A stretch of 62,048 nucleotides of DNA, filler included, from Sphacelaria rigidula (lineage: Eukaryota), in NCBI GenBank assembly GCA_964200075.2. It is 8 parts of 8 records of this genome, joined end to end, with 100 filler letters (N's around TTAATTAATTAA, not from the genome) between each part and the next. Parts side by side here need not be neighbours in the genome. Positions count along the whole stretch, not along the records: positions 38,845 to 46,512 come from CAXNAA020013860.1; positions 46,613 to 54,280 come from CAXNAA020013861.1; 6 more parts are not named here. One strand, 5' to 3'. Made by a program: the position numbers and the translations under genes. Shown here in pieces: positions 38,885 to 52,370 of the stretch. Within the stretch, counting starts at the first letter, position 1; the number at the start of each line of letters is the position of its first letter. The notes under the pieces were generated by a model. That model worked only from the letters and a program-made list of their open reading frames with translations, was not told the DNA's origin and did no database searches.

Positions 38885-40348
38885 GTTGGTAGTCTCTTAA
38901 ACCGTCACAGTAGGTATAATTTCAAAAAAATAAAACTGTACATTTTTTTCACAACAACGATCGGGACAGGCTCGATCGACCGAAAATTCCAAAGAGTCAG
39001 AATCTGTGCTAAAAAATTGCAGGACCCCCGATGACCGGTCAGCCCGTGAGTCACTCGATGTCGAGTACACATGATTTTTGTTTTCATTGAATGTGGAGCG
39101 GATACAAGTATCTTCAGATCTCCAATGTGATATAGGCGGTGACAAGCGAAAGAGCCTAAGAAAATCGCCAATGACGAAGAAATTAGAAAAATAACGGTTT
39201 AGGTGCCTCCTACTATCTACTACTCCGGAGTATAGTTTTTCTTTCGACTTTCGGCACCCTGTGTTGGCTAGGATTACGTGCCAGATTTGAACGGCAGCCA
39301 GCTGTTCAAGTAATCACCAACACCATCTTCTATCACGCATTAAAATCTTTGTCACCAGTGACCAGCCACTGTGCTATAAAGTTCGACAGGTGTTGCACGG
39401 ATGCGGAGTGCGGAGGTATGAGATTGAACCTTGCCGCCACCGGCAATGAGTGTGTTTGAGCATATCCATCACCCACCACACACGAAACATACGACAAGAA
39501 CGCCTAATTCACGTGCTCTTCAATGATTTTGAGGCGTTTGCCCTTGCTCATCAGGTTAAACCGGCTTTCCGGTGAACCGGTTAAACCGGCTGAAAAATAC
39601 CGGTTGAACCGGTTTTTTGTTTTTGAAAATAACGCCTCTTATCCGGTAACCGTTTTTTTTTTCTGTATCTTGTGCCCACCTCTAGTTAGGAGAAGCATGC
39701 ATCGACCATTCGGAAACATTTTACTGGCACAGTGTTCTTTCCCGGGAGATGAAGAAATCGAGTCTCGGTCTCTGACGTCAGTCAAATGGGCCCAATCGCG
39801 TGAAAAAAAGAAGAAAAATAGCGATCGTATACCAGTGAACGACGACTTTGAATGATTGACTACCTCCTTTTTTCAAGTGTCAAAGTGTCCAATCCCAACT
39901 CTCAAACCTCAAGAGAAAAATCGTGACATACACGCTTTGGTCCCTCACGCTAAGTCCACCAGCTCGCAATGAGCTACGTCATTGTTTATGTTGATTTTTT
40001 GCATAGTTTGCAAAAACCAAAACTCAAATACGGAAACAGCACCACAAAAAAACAAATTAAACACGAAAACGCCGTGCGGTTAACGTTTGTGATCTATTGC
40101 TTCCTATATGTATATGTGTATGTATACATATATATACATATATCCTAGGACCGTGCGTTGGTTGACTCCGTCAGCACATGTGCATTAACCCTTCGGTTGA
40201 TGCAGGGGAATGATTTCGTTGACCACCAAGCTATCATTTTCCCACGAGTCCATGTGTGCTGATAGTAATATCCGGATACTGCTTCTGTAAAAGCAATATA
40301 AAGATTCGTTGCAGAAGGGTCAAGACATTGGCAATATAGCTAAAACAC

Positions 40349-40713
40349 TAGTGTGTGTTGTTGTGATGTCGTCCCATCTATTCTGGACGCTGGTCTCAAC
40401 CTGTCGGTATATGTGGGCGCACCAGCCGGGGTCACACAGGAGGGAGGCCAACACGGGAGCATTTCCTTCGTTGTTTGTTTTAGTTCTTCACCTTCCTTCC
40501 GCGGTGCTTGCCTTCGTTTTTTATCGCGAGAGGGGTTCAGCAGTCCCTTTCCCTCGTCGACTATTGAGTCGAATTTTGTGTACCCACGACATGGTCGCTC
40601 TCCACTGTTGAGCATTGTGTGAGAAAAAATCCGACATCGCTCCGAAATTAGACCCCACGACCCAACCGTCAGAAGGATTCGAAGTTACCAACCGAGCCAC
40701 CGGGGCAACCGGC
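40349..40713 (-). mobile_element. tRNA-derived SINE family 1, full length
   Basis: Reverse complement is collinear with 10576-10943. Its 5' end GCCGGTTGCCCCGGTGG matches the copy at 1-71. Confidence 0.85.
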
Positions 40714-42622
40714 GTTAGTACACTGTCGATATATTGGGATTGTATTGGCGCCGTGGTGGTTTTAGCCTGCTGGCATGAGACGCGAGGGCCTGAACTGGTG
40801 GGGAGGCCTCGCTCGAAGCAGGGAAATGACCCGTTTGATATTACTGCTCTTTCCAAAATCGAGCTGATTCTTTATCGCTCACGGGTAGCGTTTTTTCACG
40901 CACATTCTGTTCCATCTTCCTGCAAAATGCGGGAGAACGAAAAAACAATTGACGGGAAAATGCACCCTTGCTTTGATCAGTTCGTCTGCAGAGGAATGCA
41001 GCCCAGGTTTGGTAAGCGACAAAAATGCTGCCGCCGATGTGCGCCATTCCGTAGACGCGTGTTGACAGAGTGAATGGAGGTTCATCTGTCCTTGCACAGC
41101 GACATAATGACTCCAGCATATCAACAAATCACCGAAAATGGCCATAGTACATAACACACGCACATTCGATGGATAGCGGTGATGATCCATGGGTACCGAG
41201 ATATTTCCATACCGGTGCCGCTAGTGTTCAAAGTCGACCTGTGCCTAGTATATTGGCATCGAACGATATAGTACAATTATTCCTGAAATTGATGACGAAA
41301 ATATACCGCAAAAAACCTTGAGTGCCTGACTGATGTGCAGTATTAGCCCGTAAACTAACTTCAAACTATCGTCATGACCATGATCGGCCGCGTGTTCACG
41401 TCTTGAGTATTGACCTATGTAGTCCTTTCCGCCGTTAGCTTCTAGCGGATAAATGGGTACGTGCACAAGTTGGGCGTTGTTGAACTTTTCGCCACAAACT
41501 TGCGTACGGTATGAATGTATGTGTTGGTTCCAATACACCGCGATATATAAACGTAACCATGCATACATGAATATATATGCCTCACATGTAATGGTTTCTG
41601 TATTTTTTCCTGCCCTCTTTTTTGTTTGTAAAAGGTGGGCCTTCCGTCTGAAGCGTACTGGTTCTCCATGCTTACCCTGTACGTGACCTCGCTAACTTCC
41701 GAAGCCATGATCAACCTCGTCACTAAGTTCACGTGAGCATTGCCGTTTGCTTGTCTGTTGCCTGCCTGTCTGACTGACGGACTGACTGACTGGCTGACTG
41801 ATTAACTGTTGCTCTTCACCGCTTAGTGTGAATACATTGCATATGTATATGTATGTCTTGCTCCACTGAAATGAAAATCCAACGCACGACTGCATACATA
41901 CATGGGTAATGCCTGTGTAGAGAGGTGGTATACGGATGGGATTGGGTTTTCCGATTATCTCTTCGATTTACGCGTGAATTCCGATAATTTGGGTATTCAG
42001 CCCCAATCCATCCCTATGATCTAATCCAACCCAGTCCTTTCCATCTTAATCCCATCCTACCTTATCACGTACGTAGATATTACTATTATTTTCGCACATT
42101 AGTCTGATCCCTCGAACCCATGGTCACAGACGTAGGCTCATCTTTTCAACACCGTCCCTGCTATCTTATCCTCTACAAGACATGGAGTTCTCATCACACT
42201 TTCTGAGACTCCAGGCTAGAACAAATATAATAACAACCAAACAAAATGTCACGAAATAAAAGGAGAAGAGAGAGGAAGATAGGACAAACTGTTTGTTTTC
42301 TTTGCTTCATGGGTGAACACCATCAGCGTTTTCTCGTCCCGAAGGTTGCCCCAGATCCTATCCTACGCAAGTTAATCTCACCCAACTTAACACAACGCAG
42401 CTCGACCCAACTCATCCAGGGACGACACGAGCACGGCCATCGTGACTTCGCAGGGCTGCCTCGTCATCCTCACCGTTTTCGTCGGAGGCGTGTTTCGCCC
42501 ATCCGATGAGGTAGGTGCCGGTCGTAGATTCACTAGTAGTGGTCGGTTTCGTTCTTGTGTCATACGTTCAACCCCTTCATCTACCCCACTCCCCCGCTTC
42601 CAGACGAGCCTATACAGTTGTC

Positions 42623-43580
42623 TACAAGCTGGTCCAGCCTAGACGCGAATTGGTGGTTTACAGGCCCCGCCTCCCCTCGACTTTTGAAAGTCCAACTGTC
42701 AGAAGTGAGGGAAGGCGGGGCGGTATAACAACCGGGCCGGTCGAAATTCGGAACAATACTTTGCGGGCGACGTGCCGGCCCAGGTTTGGTACTTGTGTTT
42801 TAAAATTTTGTGTGAGACTTTGCGAGGACGAAATAAACCGAGAAAAATGGGATAAGCTGATTTATTTCATCTTTTTCAGAAGTTAAGGACATTTTAGTAC
42901 ATGATTTGTTTTTTTCACGAGGGCGCCCCTAGCTTCCCCACCACTCGAAAGAAAATGAAGGACACTTTTTCATTTCAGTATACCTTTGCGATTCCCCATG
43001 CTAAGTTTTTTATCTCAATTCTAAAATTTGGGCTGAAAAACTGATGTAAGGTCCAAGAACAATGTCCGATTTTCCCTGAAACTCCCCTAAAAAAACGAAA
43101 AAAAAAATGATGAAATTGAAGTTATCTTTCTTTTTTACACAAGCGATTCTTCATTCCAAATTTTGAAAGCACCACTCTAAAAAACTGAGACGCAACTTCC
43201 ATATATAGTGCATTTAGTGCCTCTGTTTATGTGCGCCATATCTCGAGATACAATAGATGACGAATTAGGTGAAGGTGAGAGTATCGATCGCTTCCCTGTT
43301 CTCCAGGGAAAATCCACACCAAAAGTCGTCATCATCCGCTGTATGTATCGTTCGGGGTTTCGTATAGACTTGAGTATGTACGCCATCTCCGTACGGAATA
43401 GGAATTACGAGACACGGCGTGTAATCAATGAGGAGCAGTTGGCCCAGACTTTTGAGCAGATGGGCACCTTCCCCTTGATTAGACGATGAATGCAATATGC
43501 GGATCACGGCCCGACTCGTTTGTGTCGATAAGATATTACTCTGAGAGTTCAAACCCGTTTGTGAGCTGGACCAGCTCGTA
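42623..43580 (+). mobile_element. Family A non-autonomous DNA transposon, complete copy (Tc1/mariner-like TA ends)
   Basis: TA-CAAGCTGGTCCAGC...GCTGGACCAGCTCG-TA inverted termini. The body is shared with three other copies in the window. No transposase ORF. Confidence 0.8.
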
Positions 43581-44249
43581 AGTCGTCTAGATGTTCAACC
43601 GTATGTTCATCTCTCCCACGGCTCTCGTCTGACTCGTCAGCATTTACCATCGAGCGCCTCGAATCAACACGCCCGTGCCGCGCGCATTGACGTGTGTAGT
43701 CGATCTTGCTTTCATCATTTCTGCAGCTCGTTGTCGTTTGTATATATTGTAATTAAACGTAAGCCACTAGCGTCTTGGTCGTGCAGCATTTGAACCCTAC
43801 TGAGGAATGTTATCCCATGCGATGTAGTCGAATCAGGATTCGCTTGAGTACTCACGATTATCCTGGTCGATCTTTGGAGCTTTGATATTCTCAGTGAAGA
43901 AATACTGCAGCTCAATTTCCGATTTCTTCGAGGTGTGCCAGTATACAAGCAGATCTGCAGGTTGCAAGCCCATTCTCACCTCAATTTTGAGAGTTGGGCT
44001 TCCAAATATGGTATGGTTAATTACTAGGGCATAATGAGAGAAATAATTTTGGGCCGTTGATAATTATTTTGCTATGAATCAAGGGCAAAAAACAACACCC
44101 AGCTTTCTCTCAAACGCCGCTAAGTCCTGAAAAACAAAAACTGTCAATGACTCAAATTTAACTGTTGTGCTTTGCCGTATCAATTCTGCAAACCAAATTA
44201 AAAAATCCAACTCTCTAAATTGAGGCAATAATGAGTTTAGAGCCTACGC

Positions 44250-46027
44250 TGGTCGAGATCAGGAAGAGTATGTTTGTAGACCACTTACCAGCCCAGCTTT
44301 TGTATTCGAGCTTTGAAATTTTGTGTGGAGAATCACTCGGGCAAATGAAAAAATAAATATATGGGATATTGTGTGTTTTTCCATGACTTAGGGTAGCAAG
44401 GGCCATTTCACGAGAACGCTCATCCCAACTTGCGAGAAACGTAAAAAATGAAGGTCCACTTTTACATTGTTTGTAGTATGCCCTTAAGATGCTCCATACC
44501 TGATTTCAAACCACAATTCCAAAATATGATCTGACAAACTGAGTTGAGGGCCATAAACAGTGTCCATCTTCAATAAAAACGTCCTGAATTCGTGACGAAA
44601 ATATCCCAACGTCCTGAACGTTTTGTTTTTCATTTTGCCCTTGCGATATTCCACACCAAATTTCGAAGCTCAAATATGAAAACTGAGACGCAAGATCCAG
44701 ATTTAGTGTATTTAGTGTCCTTGCTCGTAATATATTGATTTCAGTAGAGAATAGTGTCTGTGCCGATATATAGATAACGAGTTAGGTCAAGGGGCGGGGG
44801 TATCGATCGTTTTCCCGTGCTCCAGGGGATGTTCACACCAAAGATCACCGTCCGCTGTACTTATCGTTCGGGGTTCCACATAGACATAAAAATGAATCCT
44901 GTCTTCGTACGCTATAGGAGTTACTCGACACGGTTGGGTTGAGTGCTGAACCGGTACGTACTTCCGCTTCTTGGGAGCTGTCCAGTCCCTAAGAACTGGC
45001 AAACGGGCAGTCAGTACCGCCAGTACATACACAACTTACGTACGTCCCACAATACGCCTCAAGAGCCAGCGGAAGACCATCCAAATTACGCAGCCACGCC
45101 GCCTCAAAGGAGAGAAGACACGCCACACACACCACACAAAGCACCCGCAGCACGCAGCAGGAGACCATTAGAACGATGCAAAGGTTTTTTACGTCTGGCA
45201 GCCCGCCGGCAGCAGACACCGGCGGTGGTGGTACCGCGGGGCCTGCTGCGTCAGCAAGTGCACCCGCTGCGTCAGCAGATGCGGTGTTGATACACGTCCA
45301 GGGCTGCTGTCTTTCGTTTTGTTTTTTGTGTGAGAGGCTGTCCTATGATCAATAATGAAAGGTGCTCGCGCCTTGTGCTGTTAAGGGCTACAATAGACCT
45401 GCTCTCTACATTTTTTATTCGGAAGTCCGAAGTACTCAGTACATGTTTAGACTAAAGACCCACCAAACACTCCGATTGCAACAAATCATGTGTAAGCCAC
45501 GCCACGATGCTGGAAATGGTGAGCATCGCAACATTTGTGGCACATCTTTTATTTTCTATTTTCACATTTTCCTTGAGTTGAAAACAAATAATTCAGGCGT
45601 TTGTACTAGACGTTGTCTCCCTAAATAGTGTCTCTTGGGTTGGTCAAAAACCACTCAGTTTTTAGCCTCTAGTGAAGCCAAATCACGTAAAAACGTGTCT
45701 TCCCGGCGGGGCCCCCTCACCAGCCGGGGGGGGGGGCGCTCAGCCGCGACCACGCGGCTTCGCCGCGCCATCAGTGTACTGATCGGATCCGGTATACTGG
45801 CTGCTGTCACAGCCAGTATACCGGATCCTGGCTGGCTGCACCAGTACTTAACCCCACGATATGGCGTTTAAACAACGAGAAAAAATTGGCCCAGGGTTTT
45901 GAGAAGATGGGTATATCCTCCTTAATTAGACGGTTATTAAGATATTCGGATCACGCCCCAATTTGTCCATGTCGATGAGGTACGGCTGTGAGAGCTTGAA
46001 TCCGCCTTTAGGCTGGTCCAGCTCGTA
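44250..46027 (+). mobile_element. Family A copy split by a 0.92-kb insertion
   Basis: Homology to 42745-43580 stops at 44933 and resumes at 45857. Ends GGCTGGTCCAGCTCG-TA. Confidence 0.75.
44934..45856. mobile_element. Nested hAT-like non-autonomous element
   Basis: Imperfect TIR TTGGGTTGAGTGCTG / CAGTACTTAACCCCA. Decayed 8-bp TSD CGACACGG (44926-44933) / CGATATGG (45857-45864). Confidence 0.7.
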
Positions 46028-46686
46028 TGTATGGTGATATTTTTTATCTCCCGCCCTGTTTCCTCAGCGATCGATAATCGCACGTGGAACCTTTTCGTTT
46101 CTGACTGATCCTTATATCTTTGTTTTCCTTCTGCTCATTCCCTTTTGTGACTCTCTTCAGATACCGGCGTACTGGCGCTGGATGCAGCATTTGGCAGTTT
46201 TCACCAACAGTTCGCGAGCGTTTATGGTTGCCGTGTTCGAGGTGGGAAAAGGATTCAATGTGCACATGCACATTCCGTTCGAGACCGAAAGAGCTGCTCA
46301 TTATTTGAGCTGCTCAGGCGGCGTAGTTTCATTCAAATAACGAAATAAAAATGATGACGACCGAGTACGTCGACCACAGCATTCACGCTACCCGCTACGT
46401 CTGCTGCCGCGGTCGGTATTGTTTGTCGTATTTTTCATTCACGTTGAACAGTGTTTTCGTGAGATTGAGGGTAGATGATACGATTGAGAGTGGCTTTGAT
46501 CAGTCCCTTTAANNNNNNNNNNNNNNNNNNNNNNNNNNNNNNNNNNNNNNNNNNNNTTAATTAATTAANNNNNNNNNNNNNNNNNNNNNNNNNNNNNNNN
46601 NNNNNNNNNNNNAGTGTGGGGAAAGCACTGTTTTAGGCTTAAGCCTCATCTCGAAGTTAAACCTCAATTCGCACAATTTGTTGTTA

Positions 46687-47014
46687 CAGGGCGCTTTCCC
46701 TGACCAAAAGTTATGACAAATGACTTTCATGGGGACGATCTCATGCTCCTGGACCTCCGTGAAACTGTCTTCGGGGTTTCCCGTCTTCCGATCCCACAAA
46801 TTATATCTGTGCGAAAATACCGTTTTGACTCGATTTCGGGGTGAAAAAGTGCGCCTTTTTTACCCCGAAAATCCCGGTTTCGTGCATACCCTTTACCCTT
46901 TGGGGGAACGGATGACGAGAAAACCCCGCCAAAAATGATTTCAGGGAGGTCGGGGGGCATCAGGCCGTCCCTTTGAAAATCATTCGTCATGACTTGAGGT
47001 CAGGGAAAGCACTG
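46687..47014. mobile_element. Foldback element with ~110-bp imperfect inverted arms
   Basis: GCTTTCCCTGACCAAAAGTTATGACAAATGACTTTCA... pairs with ...TGAAAATCATTCGTCATGACTTGAGGTCAGGGAAAGC. Confidence 0.75.
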
Positions 47015-48697
47015 TGTTTTTGGAGTTGAGCCTTATTTTGATGTTCCACCCTATATTCGAAAACAGTATGATGCTCGCTACTCGTACGGTACTCTGTTTC
47101 TGTCTCGCCGAGGCAGCGTAGTAGTACGTGCGAGTACATCTGCACTGAAAATTTACATGCGCTACGTCGTACTCGAGCACCAAACGGTTACCGCACACAA
47201 CGCAGGTTAGCGTTCACGACAAATTATTTCCCGTGTACCACCGCGTATATGCGAAGTACCTCTCTCGACAGAGTGGTGTACGGCAAACCACGAATGGAAT
47301 CGGGAATCAACGTCGCCAAACACTAATAACCAAGCCGCTGTGTAGCTCGGAGATCGGCAGGAAACTTCGGGGTGGGGATCCATCCAGAGACTTTCTCGTC
47401 TACCAACAACACGGTTGTTTTTTACAGTGGCATGCGGAGACTTGAAGACCCCAAGACTTTTGATGACTTGCGCGGGGAAGAATCGGATATAAATAAGTTT
47501 CCATGTTCTCACATAGTCGCTCGTATCTTCAAACGAACGCAACCGAACTGTCCACCGACGTAGCGCGCTAAAAAAAAATGACCATCCCGGCAACGGGCTA
47601 TCTCCACGGCATACTGTATTCAGGCAGCCAGTAAGCATACGTAAGTTCGCAGCGGTGAAAATCGTCCATGTTGAAAGTATTGAGTTAGTAGCTGAGTACT
47701 ACTGTATGCTTACTTGCGGGCTCCACTCGTGATGATTATTCATGTGTTTCAATGTTTCACATCGTTCTGCATCGAATTTCTCCGCACCTCAGCCAGCATC
47801 GTCAAGAAGCTCAAATTACGGGCAGACTGGCCAGCAGCATTTGGCAGCACCCAACCTATACATGGGGTCTTTCTACGATACCTCCCCCCCCGAAAAAAAT
47901 CAGCCCAAAACTGTCACGAAGAAAATGGTCATACACGGCCTACTGTTTGGGTTCAGGCTATATGAAGCGCTTTGTATAGGCGACATCGGCGAAAACGAAC
48001 CGAAGCGTGGGAATTCCCAGCAGCTCGTTGTGCTCGGCTTCTGTCATTTCGATTTACTTACTATGTGTAAACTTTACCTGCCCAAATCAGCCACTTTTGG
48101 AGGGCGGGCTATCGTAGAAAGTGTCATGACTGTGCGTGTCACTTCTCTCTGATGAAGGACCGTTCACCCTTCTCATCGGTAACTGGCCCTACGCTGTCCT
48201 AGCTTGTGCCCTCCGCCCTCCTTGTTGTCTGCTTCGAATCGATCCAATGCGAAAGATTATACAGTCAGTGTCGTTCACAGAGCCTCTCTACACCAGCACG
48301 ATCTGGATATTTAGGAAAATCTCGCGGATTCCCTGGATTTTGTACCTGTATACAAGTAATAGATATTTGGATAGCAAATAAATGCATTGCCGGTACCAAG
48401 GAATTCAAGGCGCACCGACACAGAGTTGAGCCCGCCTTGACGACACACCAAGATGCGGTTCCCGGAGCACCTCGTCAGTGCTTCGTTTGCTTTGGTCCCG
48501 AACCATATGGATGAGATATGTTGTATATAGTTGGTTACATGTTACCCATGGAAGAAGTCGAGCAGCATTCGCAGATATGGCACGCACTAGAACGAGATTC
48601 CTCGTGCATTTTTTTCTCCGGGCAAGATACTGTTCGACTACTACCGTGCTACACTGCACTGACTCTACTGCGTTGTGCTGACTTCCCGCCCCTGTCT

Positions 48698-48945
48698 TCC
48701 ATTTTCTTATGTACTCAAATATAGTCTAAGAGTATGCTCTGGAATGCTCCATCAACGTCCAATCACGTCGGGGGTGATGACCTGCTTCATTCAGATGGAT
48801 TTTCTCGGCATCCACGACCACAATGTTTTCTCATGTACTCAGATATAGTCCAGAGTGAGTGTGCTCTGGAATACTCAATCACCGTTCGATCACCCTCGGG
48901 ATGATGGCCTGCTTGATTCAAATGGTTTCCTCGGCAGCTACCACA
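48698..48945. repeat. Diverged ~125-bp tandem duplication
   Basis: TTTTCT(T/C)ATGTACTCA(A/G)ATATAGTC...TGCTCTGGAAT...TGATG(A/G)CCTGCTT...CTCGGCA occurs twice. Confidence 0.8.
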
Positions 48946-51606
48946 GACAAGAAAGTCCGAGTGATCACGAACGGGGTTCGATCAACAGATCGCCGCAAAA
49001 CTTTCTAACGACACCTGTCACACCTTCGGGCAGTTAGTGCTGACGAGTTTTCCAGTCACCAGTATATTAACAATATCGTTTGGAAATTAGGTGCACCCCG
49101 ATCCGCGCTGCGAGGGAATTTTTCGGTACGCTCGACGGTGGAACTGGCTACCGCAGATATATTTTGATCAAAGGCGATCGCCTCAAAACTTCGCTTCCGT
49201 ACGTGCCTGGAGAATAATATGGTCATCCCTGTGCACGATTGTTAGTCTCTGGGCCAAATCGCCCTCCCACTTTACAGCGAGAAAAGGGGGGCAATCATCA
49301 GCGCAGTGACGTTCATCATGACCACGGCGATCTTCCGCACCGCCTGTCTGGGGGTACAGCCCACCACGTCCCATTTCCTCTACATAACACAAACCCAGGC
49401 TTCAGTGTGATGAGCGGAGATTGCGGGGTATCTATGCGTCGTAACCTGAGCAGCAGGTGGTAGGTGCCGAGCTCGGAAAGCACTGCCACATACTGTACCG
49501 TAATGACTTTGTTTCAAAGATTAAACGGACCACTTGCCTTCTTTGCTACCTTACGGTAGAGATGAGCTGGATACACGTGGCGTGATGGATCGCTCGCATG
49601 ACCACGGTATGGTACGATCTTGCTATCTACATCATTACTTTGTGATGCGGCTTGCAGTAGCGCATGATGTTCCGCTGCACATGTTTGAAAAAACTTGTGG
49701 CATCATCATCATCACGTGCGCCACCCAACAACTTCTCGACTCACCGCGGGAAGGGGGTCCCGTCCTCGTGTTTGCTGCGCCCGTTAGTGTCCTGAGAAGA
49801 ATGGCTATCGTGGCGATCTTCAGAAGTCCACTCGGAGTTCAGTCGTTAGAAGCGGGTGGGTGAATGGTAGAGCGTAAAATCACCGGTGTTGGACTGCTAG
49901 GTGGGGGGGGGTGCCAACAAGAAGTTGGCGGATATCAGATTTTACAACGGCGAAGTGTCGAGATTTTTTTGGTTTCCCCCCTCCGACTTCGGTAGAATCT
50001 TTAGAAGCACGAAGAGCTCAAGTTCTTAGCATCCATCACTACGCGGCGGGCCGGCTATTCTTCTCTGAAAGCACCAAAAGTCACCATAATTTTTTTGCAA
50101 GGTGTACCTCACGCGTCTAGCTGCCTGTGGTCTGTGAGCCATCATCCTGCATGAAAGAGAACCCGCAGGAACCCTTCGTCGGGATGACTTCTTTGTGTTC
50201 AGCCGTCAAAAATATTCCCAGCTTTTTCTTTCCGAACATAATACGTGTTTTTCGGCGATGTCTTTTTGTGGCACGACAGCCCCCGACTCCTAACTAACAC
50301 ATTCACCCATTCTTCCCCCTTTTCACTCGAAACAGATAAAGCAGACCGCAGACCACAGACCACTACATGCTGAGTTTACTCCAGCTCGGCGAAAATATAC
50401 TTGTTCTTAGTGTGTAGCATCATATTCGGATCTTTCCAGGGCTCACAGCTCCCAGGCACTCACCCCGCGTGAGCACCCGTGCACGCACGCGTGTTGGCTC
50501 AAATCAGCGCGCTGATTTGAGCGAAGCCAAAGCACGCTTGTTCCGCGCGGAGCGCTTTGTGTATCATCCACTTTGCTCGAGTATTCTCCGTCTGCTTTCG
50601 GTTTGAATTTGGGTCATAGGGTTGGTCTTGTGGTTTGATGAAAAGTAGGTGTATGTCAACCATCGCTTATTTTTTCGCCGAACTGGAGTAAAACGCGCCT
50701 CATGCAGACTCAGACAGTAGTAGTATAGTGTGTGTGTTGTCGTCCCATTTATATAGTACAGCAGTATTACTCGTAAGCATATACGATAGGTACTTTTCAA
50801 GCGGTGGTGGATGTATGCTGTTATATCTTTCTTCTGGATTTACCGCGCGCGTACTTCGCTGCGTGATTGCGATACTGTATATTAGTACGAATATATTCAT
50901 CTCTTGTACAGACGTGTTATAATACGTACACGTCCGAATATTTCGATACTTTGTATAGAGGCGTCGCCCCTTTCTTCTTCAGTTCTGTACTGTAAGTACT
51001 TTGTATATATATTCTCCCCCCACGCCCCCAGTGCCAATGATATCATACCGGCCGACGATGGAGGTAATACATTTCTTAAAAGTCCCCGATGCGTACATAT
51101 GCCTGTATGAGTTTTCCCCGATTTGCGTTTACACACGCGGCCATTTGGCTACCCGCATAAAAATTCTCCATCGCGATTTTCATCCTCTTGAGGGTAAAAT
51201 ACCCTCTCTACGGAGTATTTCATCCCCAGGTGCGGTCATAAACGATTGCTCTGGAGGGCATCTGATACTCCAGTGATTCTGAGGTCTAAATCCCTCGAGA
51301 GTAACAAAAAAGATGGTGCTCTGGAGGGCCGCGCATCCTCCAAATTCCTCCGGAGGGATGCGCGGCCCTCCAGAGAGAGGCAGAACAAGCCTTTGGACGG
51401 AGGCGTTTGATCTCACCCCTCTGGATGGCCGCGCATCCTCTTGATTGAGGCGTTGAACGTTTATTCCTCTGGAGGGTAAAAAAATTGACCGGAACGTAGC
51501 AATTTCGGGGGTAGCCGAATGGTCGCGTGTGTTTCTTCCTGTCTTCAATATAATGTTATGCTAGTATCCGTTGTCAGATACAAGTATATTATTGCAATAA
51601 AAGCGT

Positions 51607-51607
51607 G

Positions 51608-51643
<36 letters not shown>

Positions 51644-51645
51644 CA

Positions 51646-51676
<31 letters not shown>

Positions 51677-51689
51677 TATTATCATTATC

Positions 51690-51736
<47 letters not shown>

Positions 51737-51752
51737 CATTATTATTATTTTA
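51607..51752. repeat. (ATT/ATC)n microsatellite (a similar ATT tract at 38679-38744)
   Basis: Read directly. It explains the poly-I/poly-Y ORFs. Confidence 0.95.
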
Positions 51753-52144
51753 TTTTCGGCACCGCCGCCACCGCCGGAGATAGTATGAGGTGTGAGGTAC
51801 TCCGGCAGTAGGTGACTCCACAACAACAGCTCAATATAATAACCCTCACTCACAGTGTTACCAAGATAATCTCTGGCTGTATAATAGTACTATAGCCGAG
51901 GAGTGTACACACTACTTACGCTTAGTTTGAAACCCGTGTCTCTTCTCATCACTTCATAAAAAGGCAGTTTGGAGGTCGAGTGTTCACGCTTATACTCTGA
52001 GTGCGAAACCCGCCTCTTCTCGTCACTGCATGAAAAGTCACTTGGGAGGTTTACCAGAGAATTCTACAAAAAAATGAGGTTGAACACCAGGATAAGGTTC
52101 AAGTTCAAAACGCGATTTCTCCACACTTTCAGCGATGGTGCCCG

Positions 52145-52370
52145 ATGGCTTTTTCGTCGGCCGAATGCCCCTCGATCACGTAGATAGTTAGTTCTTCAGC
52201 GCATTTCACCGACAATGTGAGCTTTCACCGCTGACCGAGACCGTCATTTTCGTTGATTTTTTAGGGGGAGGAGGTGATATCTGGGAAAAGGAGAGCTCAC
52301 AGAGTCGGTAAAATGCGCTGAAGAAGTATCTACGCGATCGAGGGGCATTAGACCGACAAAAAATCATATC
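52145..52370. mobile_element. ~225-bp foldback MITE-like element with ~80-bp arms
   Basis: GTCGGCCGAATGCCCCTCGATCACGTAGATA...TTCTTCAGCGCATTTCACCGAC pairs with GTCGGTAAAATGCGCTGAAGAAGTATCTACGCGATCGAGGGGCATTAGACCGAC. Confidence 0.8.

Noticed and set aside
49183..49392. Possible MULE zinc-finger remnant (CPPFLAVKW...HRDDH)
   Set aside because: Too short and degenerate, with no DDE motif nearby.
51545..51853. Poly-Ile and poly-Tyr ORFs
   Set aside because: They are translations of the ATT/ATC microsatellite.
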